DNA of 64,000 nt from Oscillospiraceae bacterium (GTDB taxonomy: Bacteria > Bacillota > Clostridia > Oscillospirales > UBA929): positions 38 to 64,037 of the forward strand of contig JAVBTT010000024.1 of the NCBI GenBank assembly GCA_031556035.1, in the 5' to 3' direction. The translations under genes were made by a program, and so were the position numbers. Below the pieces are notes generated by a model, which ran no database searches, was not told where the DNA came from, and saw nothing but the letters and a program-made list of their open reading frames with translations. This document shows, piece after piece, positions 9,281-17,933 of this stretch. How positions within the stretch are numbered: position 1 is the stretch's first letter; each line of letters begins with the position of its first letter.

Positions 9281-9560
9281 ACTAATACCCGCTTAAAACC
9301 TGGCGGCATTAAATTGCAAAAGCTCGCTGCGGCGAGCTTCAGACTGTAGACAAAGCCATAGTAGCGCTTCTCAAACCCTTCCCGACCAGCAGATTCAGAA
9401 TTTTTCCCGTTGTTACTGCGTAAAACGGCCGCAAAATTCTGAATCTGACAACTCGCCCTCTGCGAGGGCTTCGGGTCGGGAAGGGTTTGTCAGCAGCCTG
9501 GCTTGCGATGGCAAGTCTTTGCAGTTTTCTGAACGGAAGGTTTTAACATGGGATTGGTAT
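9281..9560. mobile_element. MITE-like element, family B (ATACTAAT...TTAAAACC termini), carrying a nested family-C element
   Basis: Left ACTAATACCCGCTTAAAACCT, right AGGTTTTAACATGGGATTGGTAT; same termini at 30601, 31799-31899 and 51257-51304. Confidence 0.65.
9340..9500. mobile_element. MITE-like element, family C (CAG-N6-GACAAA termini, IS1182-like)
   Basis: CAGACTGTAGACAAA...TTTGTCAGCAGCCTG with long internal stems (AAACCCTTCCCGACC/GGTCGGGAAGGGTTT; CAGATTCAGAATTTT/AAAATTCTGAATCTG). Confidence 0.55.
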
Positions 9561-10216
9561 CAGTCCTTATCACTGGCGTCAGCGCCCATGTCGAGAGAGA
9601 AATACACGCTTATACGGTCATCCTCGTCCAGCTTTACCGAACCGGCGCCGACCGAGCTGTGAACCCCGTTGCGCTTGAATATCCATCCGGACAGCGTTCC
9701 CTCGCTCTTCTCGGCAAAGCCTCCAATTGAGACAATATAAACTGTCTTTCCCGAGCCCTGTACCTCAAGCGATATGCCCTCGGACTCACACGCGAGAGAT
9801 ATGGCCTCCATCGCGGTCATTCCCTCCGTAAACTCCACCTCGTCGCCTTCAATTAACCAACCGTCCGGACCTTCGATTTTTACGGTGACAAACGGTTTTT
9901 CCGGAAAATCCGCGGTTGGTTCCGGAGAAATTTCCGGAGAGGGGGAAGGGGAAGGGGAGGGCGGTGGCGGCGGTGCCGTCTGCGGGGGGCTTTGCTGCGG
10001 AGACGGAAAAGTTGACGGAGCCTCCGGGCGGGAGGGGGAAGGGGCTTGCTCCTGAGATGGCAGCAGCTCGGGCGAAGGACTCAAAGTGGCTGATACGCTT
10101 GGCCGGGCTGTCTGTTCAGCGGGCAGAGGGCTTGATTCGGGCGGGATCTCCGAGGGTGAGGTCGACGCGCAGGATACCAGACAGAGCAGACAAACGACGA
10201 GGCATAGCTTACGCAT
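9560..10216 (-). CDS. Lipoprotein with Pro/Ser linker and C-terminal DUF4430 (transcobalamin C-terminal-like) domain
   Basis: LVSC lipobox; YIVSIGGFAEKSEGTLSGWIFKRNG...VGAGSVKLDEDDRI. Confidence 0.8.
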   Translation of the reverse strand: MRKLCLVVCLLCLVSCASTSPSEIPPESSPLPAEQTARPSVSATLSPSPELLPSQEQAPSPSRPEAPSTFPSPQQSPPQTAPPPPPSPSPSPSPEISPEPTADFPEKPFVTVKIEGPDGWLIEGDEVEFTEGMTAMEAISLACESEGISLEVQGSGKTVYIVSIGGFAEKSEGTLSGWIFKRNGVHSSVGAGSVKLDEDDRISVYFSLDMGADASDKD

Positions 10217-11564
10217 ACAGCTTCGCCAGTATGGTGGCTACCTCCTGGCGGGTTATAAGGTATGTGGGCATGAAAATTATACCGTTTCCGACCATGATCC
10301 CCTCGTCTATCATAGCGCTGACCGCGTCGATATAGCCCTCGCTGACTTCGGCCGCGTCCGCAGGGCGGGCAGTGCCGGGCTCAAGCTTCAAAACCCTGTA
10401 CAGAGCCAACGCCATTTCCTCCCGGGTGACCGCCGAGTATGGCCCGAAGCTCCCGCTCCTGGCGGTCATGACGCCGGTCTGAACCGCGCGCGTGACATGC
10501 GTATAATACCAGTCGTTCGGCTTGACGTCGCTCAGACCCTGGTCGGAGGGTTCCGCGGAAGAGCCCGTAAGCTTTGACACTATAACCGCCAGCTCGGCCC
10601 GGTTAAAGTTATTGAGCGGGTTGAAATTCCTGTTTTTATCCCCGACCATGACGTCGCGCGCGAAGGCCAGCTTCACCCCGTCGCGAGCCCAGGAGTCTAT
10701 TTTGCCCCAATCGCGGTAGAGCCTGCTCTCGCCCTTCGGCAGGTCGGTAAAGACGCTGGTTCCGTCAATCAGATCGCCCAGAGCCATAAGCGCCTGCTGG
10801 GTTGAAAACACGTCAGCCCCGCCCCCCTGCTCGTAGCAAAAAGAGCCGTCCTCAAGCCTGAAAGAGAGCAGGTTTTGTTTCATCCTCTCATCCACCGGAA
10901 GTCCGGACGCCACCAGACCGGATATGACCGCGGCGACAGAGCAGGCGTTTTCGGCTTTTGTTGCGGACCATGGAGAGACAAAGCCTCCCTTTTCAGTCAT
11001 CTGAGAGCTGATGAACTCCGCCGCCTTCTGCGCGGTCTCTCCGCGCAGCACGAGCAGAACCATGCCGGTCATGTCGATGTCTCCCGCGTCCCCGGCGTAC
11101 GTGAAGCCGCCGTCCGCAAGCTGCTGGGCTTTCAGCCACTCATGCGCCCTGTCCTCCCGGTATATGTCCGGCGTCACTGCGAGGGCAAGCATTGCGTACA
11201 CGGTCTCGTTTACACCGCCGAAGCTCCCATCGGCTTTCTGCTTGAGCGCCAGGTCATACGGAAGTCCTCCGGCATACGGATCCTTGCCGAGCGCCGCTCT
11301 TGTCAGTATGGCGGTAGCAAGGCCGGAAACGGTGTCCAGCGTCTCCTTGGGAAGCTTGGCTTCGGTTATGTCCGCGCCGCAGGAGGCGAGGGCGAGCGCG
11401 TCGCTCCATCCCGAATATTCAGTCTGGGCCTCAATGGCTTTCGCCGCCTTGTCAGCCGCGGCCTTCATGTCGTTCAGCAGAGGGCCGGGTTCGTACGCGG
11501 CCAGCGCGGTCAATGATAAAAGCACACACAGCGCCAGCGAGAGAGAGGGAATTCGGGTTTTCAT
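10209..11564 (-). CDS. Secreted prenyltransferase/squalene-oxidase-repeat (alpha/alpha barrel) protein with three SLH domains
   Basis: Signal peptide; QKADGSFG, QQLADGGF, DIDMTGMVL and RLEDGSF repeats; SLH motifs NRAELAV, TREEMAL, TRQEVAT. Confidence 0.8.
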   Translation of the reverse strand: MKTRIPSLSLALCVLLSLTALAAYEPGPLLNDMKAAADKAAKAIEAQTEYSGWSDALALASCGADITEAKLPKETLDTVSGLATAILTRAALGKDPYAGGLPYDLALKQKADGSFGGVNETVYAMLALAVTPDIYREDRAHEWLKAQQLADGGFTYAGDAGDIDMTGMVLLVLRGETAQKAAEFISSQMTEKGGFVSPWSATKAENACSVAAVISGLVASGLPVDERMKQNLLSFRLEDGSFCYEQGGGADVFSTQQALMALGDLIDGTSVFTDLPKGESRLYRDWGKIDSWARDGVKLAFARDVMVGDKNRNFNPLNNFNRAELAVIVSKLTGSSAEPSDQGLSDVKPNDWYYTHVTRAVQTGVMTARSGSFGPYSAVTREEMALALYRVLKLEPGTARPADAAEVSEGYIDAVSAMIDEGIMVGNGIIFMPTYLITRQEVATILAKLYA

Positions 11565-11601
11565 TATGTAGCACATCCTTTGTCAAAAAAAGCTGTTATG
11601 T

Positions 11602-11884
11602 TGAGTATAAGGCGGCGTATGCCGCCTTATACTCAGACAGATGACAAACTATAGTTTGTCATCGAAAACGAGGGCAAGCTGTCGCCGCTGAGGAGGCTCA
11701 CAGAGAACGGTTTTCCCGAAGTGAATTCGGGAAAACCTAGAACATCAAGCTTTTTCACTCTTGCGGTCAAGCAAGAACCTGCCGCCTCCGGCGTCAGGCT
11801 CGACGCGCAAAAGTGAAAAAGGACGGAGGTTGCGGACTTTGTCTTTACACTGAGTATAAGGCGGCGTATGCCGCCTTATACTCA
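11602..11884. mobile_element. Family-C MITE (11634-11852) flanked by an exact 34-bp direct repeat that is itself a hairpin
   Basis: TGAGTATAAGGCGGCGTATGCCGCCTTATACTCA at 11602-11635 and 11851-11884; termini CAGACAGATGACAAA / TTTGTCTTTACACTG. Confidence 0.6.
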
Positions 11885-11903
11885 GTGTGCACGGTGGGTA
11901 CGT

Positions 11904-12839
11904 TTACTGCATTATCCATTTGTCAACGGTTGAGACAAGGTTTCCTATCTCGGGCTTGGAGAGCTGCGCGTTGGCTCCCAGGGCCTCACCCTTTATACGC
12001 ATCGCTTCGTCGATCAGCGAGGAGAAGATTATAACGGGCACCTTGTCCAAAATTTTGTTTTCCTTTATCAGCTTTGTCAGGCGGTGGCCATCCATTTTCG
12101 GCATCTCAATGTCGGTAATCACGCAGGCAACTCTGGACATGAGCTTCGCGCCGGCGTCGGCGACCTCTTTTTCTATGCTCTGCATATAGTTCCAAGCCTC
12201 CTGGCCATTTGGGAAGCTGGTCACGTTCGTGTAGCCGGCCTCGTTAAGGGCCTCAAGTATCATGCGTTTGAGCAGAGCTGAATCCTCGGCCACCACGATA
12301 GGCTTTTCGTTCCGGGCGCGCTCGCCGAGAGCCGCTATCTCGGACATCTGTATGCCGCTCTGCGGGCTTATGTCAAAGACAATCTTCTCAAAGTCGACTA
12401 TGGTGATGAGCTTGTCCTTCACCTTGGCGATTCCGGTGGCCAGCCCCTCCTGTCCGCCGTATATGGTGTTGTCCGGCTTTTCGATGTTTGCCCAGGAGAC
12501 GCGGTGAATCCCCTCCACCGTGTGCACATGGAAGGCCACGTTCATTTTATTGAAGTTCGTTATGATAAACATGTCGCGATCCGTGCTTTCGGAGGCGGGA
12601 AGCTTCATGAACGAGGGCAGGTTTACCACCGTGATGATCATATCCCTGGGCTTGAACACTCCTTCTATGTCGGGGTGAGAGTTGGGCATCGCCTTGACCT
12701 CGGAATACTTCATTATTTCGGTGACCTTTGCGACGTTTATGCCGAAGGTGTTGCCGGCGATGGTGAACTCCATTATCTCCAGCTCGTTTGTGCCGCTTTC
12801 CAACAGGATGTCGCTGCCTCTGGAACGTGCGTCTGCCAT
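11904..12839 (-). CDS. cheV: Chemotaxis protein CheV (CheW + receiver)
   Basis: LESGTNELEIMEF, FGINVAKVTEI, VAEDS and ITDIEMPKMDG motifs. Confidence 0.92.
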   Translation of the reverse strand: MADARSRGSDILLESGTNELEIMEFTIAGNTFGINVAKVTEIMKYSEVKAMPNSHPDIEGVFKPRDMIITVVNLPSFMKLPASESTDRDMFIITNFNKMNVAFHVHTVEGIHRVSWANIEKPDNTIYGGQEGLATGIAKVKDKLITIVDFEKIVFDISPQSGIQMSEIAALGERARNEKPIVVAEDSALLKRMILEALNEAGYTNVTSFPNGQEAWNYMQSIEKEVADAGAKLMSRVACVITDIEMPKMDGHRLTKLIKENKILDKVPVIIFSSLIDEAMRIKGEALGANAQLSKPEIGNLVSTVDKWIMQ

Positions 12840-13093
12840 AAAACAAACCTCCTGAAATTATTCTTTTGCGTATACAGGTCTGTCGAAGCTTCTACGCGGA
12901 AAGGTACAATACAACGCATTTCATTCTAACTCATTTATCAGCCTTTGTACAGTGCCAACAGCAATATTTTAACATATTATCAGGTATATATAAACGCTTT
13001 GGTATGATATTAAGGCATAATAAACAATATGTTCGCCCCGTTCGTCCGCCAGGGGCAATATGCCTGTTTTTTTTCATGAGGGTATGATATAAT

Positions 13094-13255
13094 AACGCGC
13101 GAAGAGCGGAGCCGGGCGGGGCCGGAAATAAGCGACGAGAAGCGAAGCGCACGAGGAAGATAATTTCCGGACAAAGCGCAGTACCCGCGAAGCGGGGACG
13201 GAGCGGCAGCCCGGCGGGAGCTTGACAACGCGCGAAGAGCGGAGCCGGGCGGGGC
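13094..13255 (+). repeat. Family-A structured repeat, copy 1, with head-to-tail restart (133-bp period)
   Basis: AACGCGCGAAGAGCGGAGCCGGGCGGGGC at 13094 and 13227; unit ends GGGAGCTTGACA. Confidence 0.75.
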
Positions 13256-13269
13256 GGGGCGGGGCCGGA

Positions 13270-13312
13270 ATCCCCCTGTCACTGCTGTGACGTCCCCCTT
13301 TGACAAGGGGGA
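13270..13312 (+). repeat. Short REP-like double hairpin
   Basis: TCCCCCTGTCACTGCTGTGACGTCCCCCTTTGACAAGGGGGA (GTCAC/GTGAC and CCCCTT/AAGGGG stems). Confidence 0.4.
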
Positions 13313-13339
13313 CGGGAGGGGCACCTCCTCCGCGATAGG

Positions 13340-14611
13340 ATGGGATTGATAATGCTGAATTGCTCGGGAGATTGCCTGAGTTGCCGAAGATGCCTCGGAG
13401 ACGGGCTCTCCATTCTCAAGGGGACAGATATACCCTCGTTTGAGCTTGACCCACCGGCCGGACGGGGCGCGGGTCTGTACGGTCTTGCCGTGGACATAGG
13501 CACCACGACGGTTGTCGCGAGTCTGTTCGAGCTATCAACAGGCCGGCAGACGGGCTGCGCCGCAGCCCCTAACGCGCAGCGGCGCTTCGGCGCCGATGTG
13601 ATAAGCCGCCTGAAGTACTGTGCTGACCACGGGCACGCGGAGCTGACGCAGGCGATACGCGGTCAGCTCGCCTCCATGGAGGAGGAGCTGCTCAAAGGCG
13701 CGGGCGGCGGCGAAATCGCCGGACGGGTGATCGCCGGCAACACGATTATGCAGCATCTGCACGCGGGGCTTGACCCCACCGGGATGGCCGCCGTGCCCTT
13801 TGTCCCGGCCAGCCTGTTCGGGCGCACAGTCGGCGGCGTTTACTACTGCCCGTGCGTCTCGGCTTATGTCGGCGGCGACATTACCGCAGGGCTGCTCGCC
13901 GCTGAGCGCAATGGCTTCTCAAAAGAGCGCTTTTATCTGGATATCGGCACAAACGGAGAGATGGCATTTCACGCCGGAAACCGGATTCTCGCGGCCGCTG
14001 CCGCAGCTGGGCCCGCGTTTGAGGGCGGGGAAATATCCTGCGGGATGCCCGCCTCGCCCGGCGCTGTCGACCATGTTTTTCTGGATGCTGGGAAGCTTTC
14101 GTATACCGTTGTCCCATCTCCGGACGGAGAAGTCCCTGTACCCGCCGGTATCTGCGGCACCGGGCTTGTGGATTTGCTGGCATGCCTGCTGAGGCTTGGA
14201 GCTGTGGACTCGAGCGGATACATGGGAAAGCCGTTCGAGCTCTGCGACGGAGTCGAGCTGCTGCCGGGGGATGTCAGGAGGCTTCAGCTCGCCAAGGGCG
14301 CGATGGCGGCGGGCGCGAAAACGCTGCTGTCGGCGGCGGGGCGGCGCATGGCCGGGACGGTGCATCTGGCCGGAGGCTTTGCCTCATACATGCGTATAAT
14401 CTCCGCCTGTGATATCGGCCTGCTGCCCAGGGAAACCGAGGTTGTGAGCGAGGGGCACGGAGCGGGAGTCGGCGCCTGCCTCGCGCTGCTGTCAGGGCGC
14501 GAGAGGCAAAGACTTGAGGAGATCGCCTCAATTTGCGAGCATGTGGAGCTGTCCGCCGACCCCGGATTTTCCGGGCTTTTTATGGAGGAGATGCTGTTTG
14601 AAGATATCTGA
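13340..14611 (+). CDS. ASKHA-domain protein of the RACo family (reductive activator of corrinoid enzymes)
   Basis: AVDIGTTT, FGADVISR, YVGGDITAG, DIGTNGE, AGPAFEG, GICGTG, QLAKGA. Confidence 0.88.
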   Translation: MGLIMLNCSGDCLSCRRCLGDGLSILKGTDIPSFELDPPAGRGAGLYGLAVDIGTTTVVASLFELSTGRQTGCAAAPNAQRRFGADVISRLKYCADHGHAELTQAIRGQLASMEEELLKGAGGGEIAGRVIAGNTIMQHLHAGLDPTGMAAVPFVPASLFGRTVGGVYYCPCVSAYVGGDITAGLLAAERNGFSKERFYLDIGTNGEMAFHAGNRILAAAAAAGPAFEGGEISCGMPASPGAVDHVFLDAGKLSYTVVPSPDGEVPVPAGICGTGLVDLLACLLRLGAVDSSGYMGKPFELCDGVELLPGDVRRLQLAKGAMAAGAKTLLSAAGRRMAGTVHLAGGFASYMRIISACDIGLLPRETEVVSEGHGAGVGACLALLSGRERQRLEEIASICEHVELSADPGFSGLFMEEMLFEDI

Positions 14612-14620
14612 TCCGCCTCT

Positions 14621-15364
14621 ATGAAAAGGCATAATTGGCGTCCGTTCGCTCTCGCGGCGTCCGTGGTCGTTGTCCTGCTCTCCTGCCTGCTGGTCTTCAG
14701 GGGTCTGTCGCGGTCTCCCGAGCCGCCTCAAGGGGGGCCGGGGCTTCCGGTATTTGATGAAACCCCTGCGGCTGAGCCGTCGGTATCCGAGACGCCTGAG
14801 CCGCCTAGCCCGGAGCCGTCCGTTTTTGATACCCCCTCCGCCGAGCCGTCGCCCTCCGCAGAGATAATCTCGGAGCCGGTTTGGGTTATTATACCCGCAA
14901 TAGGTACGGACGCGGAGCTTGCCGGCACCGAGAGGGACGAAAAGGCGGGCAGCATGGCGATATACCCGTCCGCCTCGGTCATTTCGTGGTATAAAGAGCG
15001 CCCGATCCCCGGCAACGAGGGCAACGCGATTCTGGCTGGGCACAACAAATGGAAGGGCGAGAAGGGGGCTGTAGCGGACCTTGGCGCCCTTGAAATCGGG
15101 GACGAGATGACGATACGCTACAATGACGGCTCCGAGAGGCTTTTCCTGCTGGAGAGTCTGTTCGAGTATGAGCTCAAGACTGCCCCCTCCGGTGAGATCA
15201 TGAGCGGGGACGGCCCGGCGCGCGTCACTGTGATAACCTGTAGCGGGAAGTTCAACACAAAGCTGGGCACAAGCGAGAACAGGCTGGTTGCGGTTTTCAA
15301 ACCGGCGGAGGTTTTTGTGACACCGGAGCCGCCGATCACCCCGATCCCGACGGTCGCGCGCTGA
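14621..15364 (+). CDS. Class F sortase
   Basis: N-terminal TM, Pro/Ser linker, PGNEGNAILAGH and VTVITC catalytic motifs. Confidence 0.85.
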   Translation: MKRHNWRPFALAASVVVVLLSCLLVFRGLSRSPEPPQGGPGLPVFDETPAAEPSVSETPEPPSPEPSVFDTPSAEPSPSAEIISEPVWVIIPAIGTDAELAGTERDEKAGSMAIYPSASVISWYKERPIPGNEGNAILAGHNKWKGEKGAVADLGALEIGDEMTIRYNDGSERLFLLESLFEYELKTAPSGEIMSGDGPARVTVITCSGKFNTKLGTSENRLVAVFKPAEVFVTPEPPITPIPTVAR

Positions 15365-15405
15365 CGACGCTTATGTAGGGCCGCCACGCGGCCCCCGCAA
15401 CTGTT

Positions 15406-15520
15406 ATAATGGTCCCACGATTAAACCTTGCCGAAATAGCTCCTCAAAATGCTCTGCCCGCTGTGCGGGCGGCGCATTTTCCCCGCCAATGGCGGCAAGG
15501 TTTAACTGGTACATCAATAT
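15406..15520. mobile_element. MITE-like element, family D (ATATTG...TTAAACCTTGCCG termini)
   Basis: Imperfect TIRs ...GATTAAACCTTGCCG / CGGCAAGGTTTAACTGGTACATCAATAT; partial copies at 42875-42943 and 51219-51247. Confidence 0.6.
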
Positions 15521-15681
15521 CAGCCTCCGATGTTCTCCATTACATGCCCGATCGCCCTTATGGTCTTTCCGGCGCTTGAGCGCATTATCTTTTTGCGGTC
15601 CATCGGCACCATGCACGCCGTCACGACAATGCCCGCAACCATGCCAAGGCCTATGCCCTTGAGAAGTCCACTGTTGTTCAT
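15520..15681 (-). CDS. Small 53-aa membrane protein (MNNSGLLKGIGLGMVAGIVVTACMVPMDRKK...)
   Basis: Strong AGGAGGA RBS; single Gly-rich TM followed by a basic helix; below the ORF-track cutoff. Confidence 0.7.
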   Translation of the reverse strand: MNNSGLLKGIGLGMVAGIVVTACMVPMDRKKIMRSSAGKTIRAIGHVMENIGG

Positions 15682-15786
15682 TGATGATTTTCCTCCTGTG
15701 AAGATTTACTTGACCGCCCGGAGGACGATCACTCCCGTCGTTCGATATAGTATGCCATTCTTTTATCAGTTTCACGGAGGTAATTT

Positions 15787-16764
15787 ATGGCGCTCATAAT
15801 AACAGGCCCGCTGGTCGATATGCATGTGCATCTGAGAGAGCCCGGCCAGACGCACAAGGAGACTATAGCCTCAGGTACCCGCGCCGCTCTGCGCGGAGGC
15901 TTCGGGGCCGTGCTCGCAATGCCGAACACCGCCCCGCCTGTCGACTCGCCCGAGCTGGTCAAATGGGTGCTGGACAGAGCCGCCGAGACCGGAAGCGCCA
16001 GGGTTTTGGTCGCCGCCGCCATAACCGCGGGGCAGAAGGGCGAGGTGCTGACCGATTTCGCCGCTCTCAAGGCCGCGGGCGCGACCGCGCTGAGCGACGA
16101 CGGGGTGCCTGTGCTGGATCGTGAGCTGATGCGCCGGGCGATGCTTGAGGCCCGCCGGGTCGGGCTTCCCATATTGTCTCACTGCGAGCCGGAGACTGAG
16201 CTTGCCGCGCGGGACGCGGAGCTTGCAGCCGAGACGGGCTGCCCTGTCCATATCTGCCATGTCAGCCGAAGGGCCACCGTGGAGGCCATACGCGCCGCCA
16301 AGTCCGCCGGGGCGCCGGTCACCGCCGAGACCTGCCCGCACTATATGGTTGCATGGGCCGAGGGGAAAATGAATCCGCCGCTGGCGTCCCCCGACGATGT
16401 TGAAGCGGTTCTGGAGGGGCTTTGCGACGGCACGCTGGACGCGATATCCACCGATCACGCCCCTCACACGGCTCAGGAAAAGGCGTCCGCCAGCCCTCCC
16501 AACGGGGTGATCGGACTGGAGACGGCGCTGGCCGTGGCCCTGATGTCGCTTGTTCACACCGGCAGGGCTTCCAGCGAAAGGCTTTGGGAGCTGATGCGGG
16601 ACAATCCCGCGAGGATATTGGGGATAACGCCGCCCAAGGGCAAGCTGGTTATGGACACGGAGCGGGAATGGACAGCGGAGAATTTTCAGTCGCTCTCCTC
16701 CAACACCCCGTTTGCCGGCAAAATTTTGAAAGGAGCTGTTATTTCATGTCGGTTGACAGACTGA
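15787..16764 (+). CDS. pyrC: Dihydroorotase
   Basis: DMHVHLREPG, AMPNT, SDDG, KMNPPL, TDHAPH; pyr context. Confidence 0.9.
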   Translation: MALIITGPLVDMHVHLREPGQTHKETIASGTRAALRGGFGAVLAMPNTAPPVDSPELVKWVLDRAAETGSARVLVAAAITAGQKGEVLTDFAALKAAGATALSDDGVPVLDRELMRRAMLEARRVGLPILSHCEPETELAARDAELAAETGCPVHICHVSRRATVEAIRAAKSAGAPVTAETCPHYMVAWAEGKMNPPLASPDDVEAVLEGLCDGTLDAISTDHAPHTAQEKASASPPNGVIGLETALAVALMSLVHTGRASSERLWELMRDNPARILGITPPKGKLVMDTEREWTAENFQSLSSNTPFAGKILKGAVISCRLTD

Positions 16765-17669
16765 TTGAAGCCGTGGCACGGCTGAAAAACCCAGCCGTGA
16801 TGGGCCTCGACCCGCGCCCCGATCTGGTTCCGCCCGAGATCATGGACAGGCACATTCGCGAGAAGGGCGAGACGCTGGAATCCGCCGCCGCCGCCTTTCT
16901 GGAGTTCAATCTTGAGCTTCTTGAGCTGGCGAGCGGAATAATCCCAGCCGTAAAGCCGCAGCTCGCCTGCTATGAGGCGCTTGGCCCGTCGGGCATGGCG
17001 GCGCTCAGAGAGACGCTGCTGCGAGCCCGCGACATGGGCTTTTACGTCATCGCGGACGCGAAGCGCGGGGATATCGGCTCCACGGCGCAGGATTACAGCG
17101 CCGCCTACCTCGGGCGCGTAAAAATTGGCTCTGCCGAGTTTGAGCCATTTCCGGCGGACGCGATGACGGTCAACCCCTACCTGGGCTCGGACAATTTGAA
17201 TCAGTTTCTGGAGGACTGCAAGCGCTACGGCAAGATGGTATTTGTGCTGTGCAAGACCTCCAACAAATCCTCGGTCGAGCTCCAGGAGCTTCCGGCGGGA
17301 GACCGCCAGCTTTACAGGGTGGTCGCGGAGCAGTGCGAGCGGGCGGGCGATGCTCTGCCAGGCAAAAACGGCTACACCTCTGTCGGGATGGTGGTGGGGG
17401 CGACCCATCCGATCCAGCTCCGCAGGCTGAGGGATCGTTTCCCGTCCATATACTTCCTTGTGCCGGGCTACGGGGCGCAGGGGGGCAGCGCGGACGACGT
17501 TGCGGACGCGTTTGACAAATACGGGCGCGGCGCGATTGTGAACAGCTCAAGGGGACTGATCGGAGCCTGGCAGAAGCGCCCGGACATGGCCTGGAAGGAC
17601 GCGGTCGCCGCAGCGATTGAGGACATGCGCGGCGCGCTGCGCAGGGCTGTTCCGGGGGGCTTTGTCTGA
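16746..17669 (+). CDS. pyrF: Orotidine-5'-phosphate decarboxylase (type 2)
   Basis: GLDP, DAKRGDIGST, VVGAT, PGYGAQG, NSSR; ATG at 16746 after AGGAG. Confidence 0.92.
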   Translation: MSVDRLIEAVARLKNPAVMGLDPRPDLVPPEIMDRHIREKGETLESAAAAFLEFNLELLELASGIIPAVKPQLACYEALGPSGMAALRETLLRARDMGFYVIADAKRGDIGSTAQDYSAAYLGRVKIGSAEFEPFPADAMTVNPYLGSDNLNQFLEDCKRYGKMVFVLCKTSNKSSVELQELPAGDRQLYRVVAEQCERAGDALPGKNGYTSVGMVVGATHPIQLRRLRDRFPSIYFLVPGYGAQGGSADDVADAFDKYGRGAIVNSSRGLIGAWQKRPDMAWKDAVAAAIEDMRGALRRAVPGGFV

Positions 17670-17670
17670 T

Positions 17671-17877
17671 ATGGGGTGCGTCCTGTGGCCGCTTAAGCTG
17701 ATATGGGGCTTCTTCGGGTTTCTGCTGGGAGTTCTGGGGAGGATACTCTGCGCCGTGCTCGGCTTTGTGCTTGTGGTCGTCGGAATTGTGCTGTGCATAA
17801 CGGTCATAGGTGTTTTCGCCGGCGCTCCAATCATCATGTTCGGCCTGCTGATGATGGTTAAATCGATATTCCCATAA
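17671..17877 (+). CDS. Small hydrophobic membrane protein
   Basis: 68-aa ORF with two TM segments, directly after pyrF. Confidence 0.6.
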   Translation: MGCVLWPLKLIWGFFGFLLGVLGRILCAVLGFVLVVVGIVLCITVIGVFAGAPIIMFGLLMMVKSIFP

Positions 17878-17933
17878 ATGATAAGCACTCTCAGCAATGG
17901 GAAATTGCATTTTTATTGCATATGAGGTGAAAT

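Noticed and set aside
11602-11884. Possible CRISPR array or cobalamin riboswitch
   Set aside because: Only two repeats 215 bp apart, no cas genes, and no B12-box motifs
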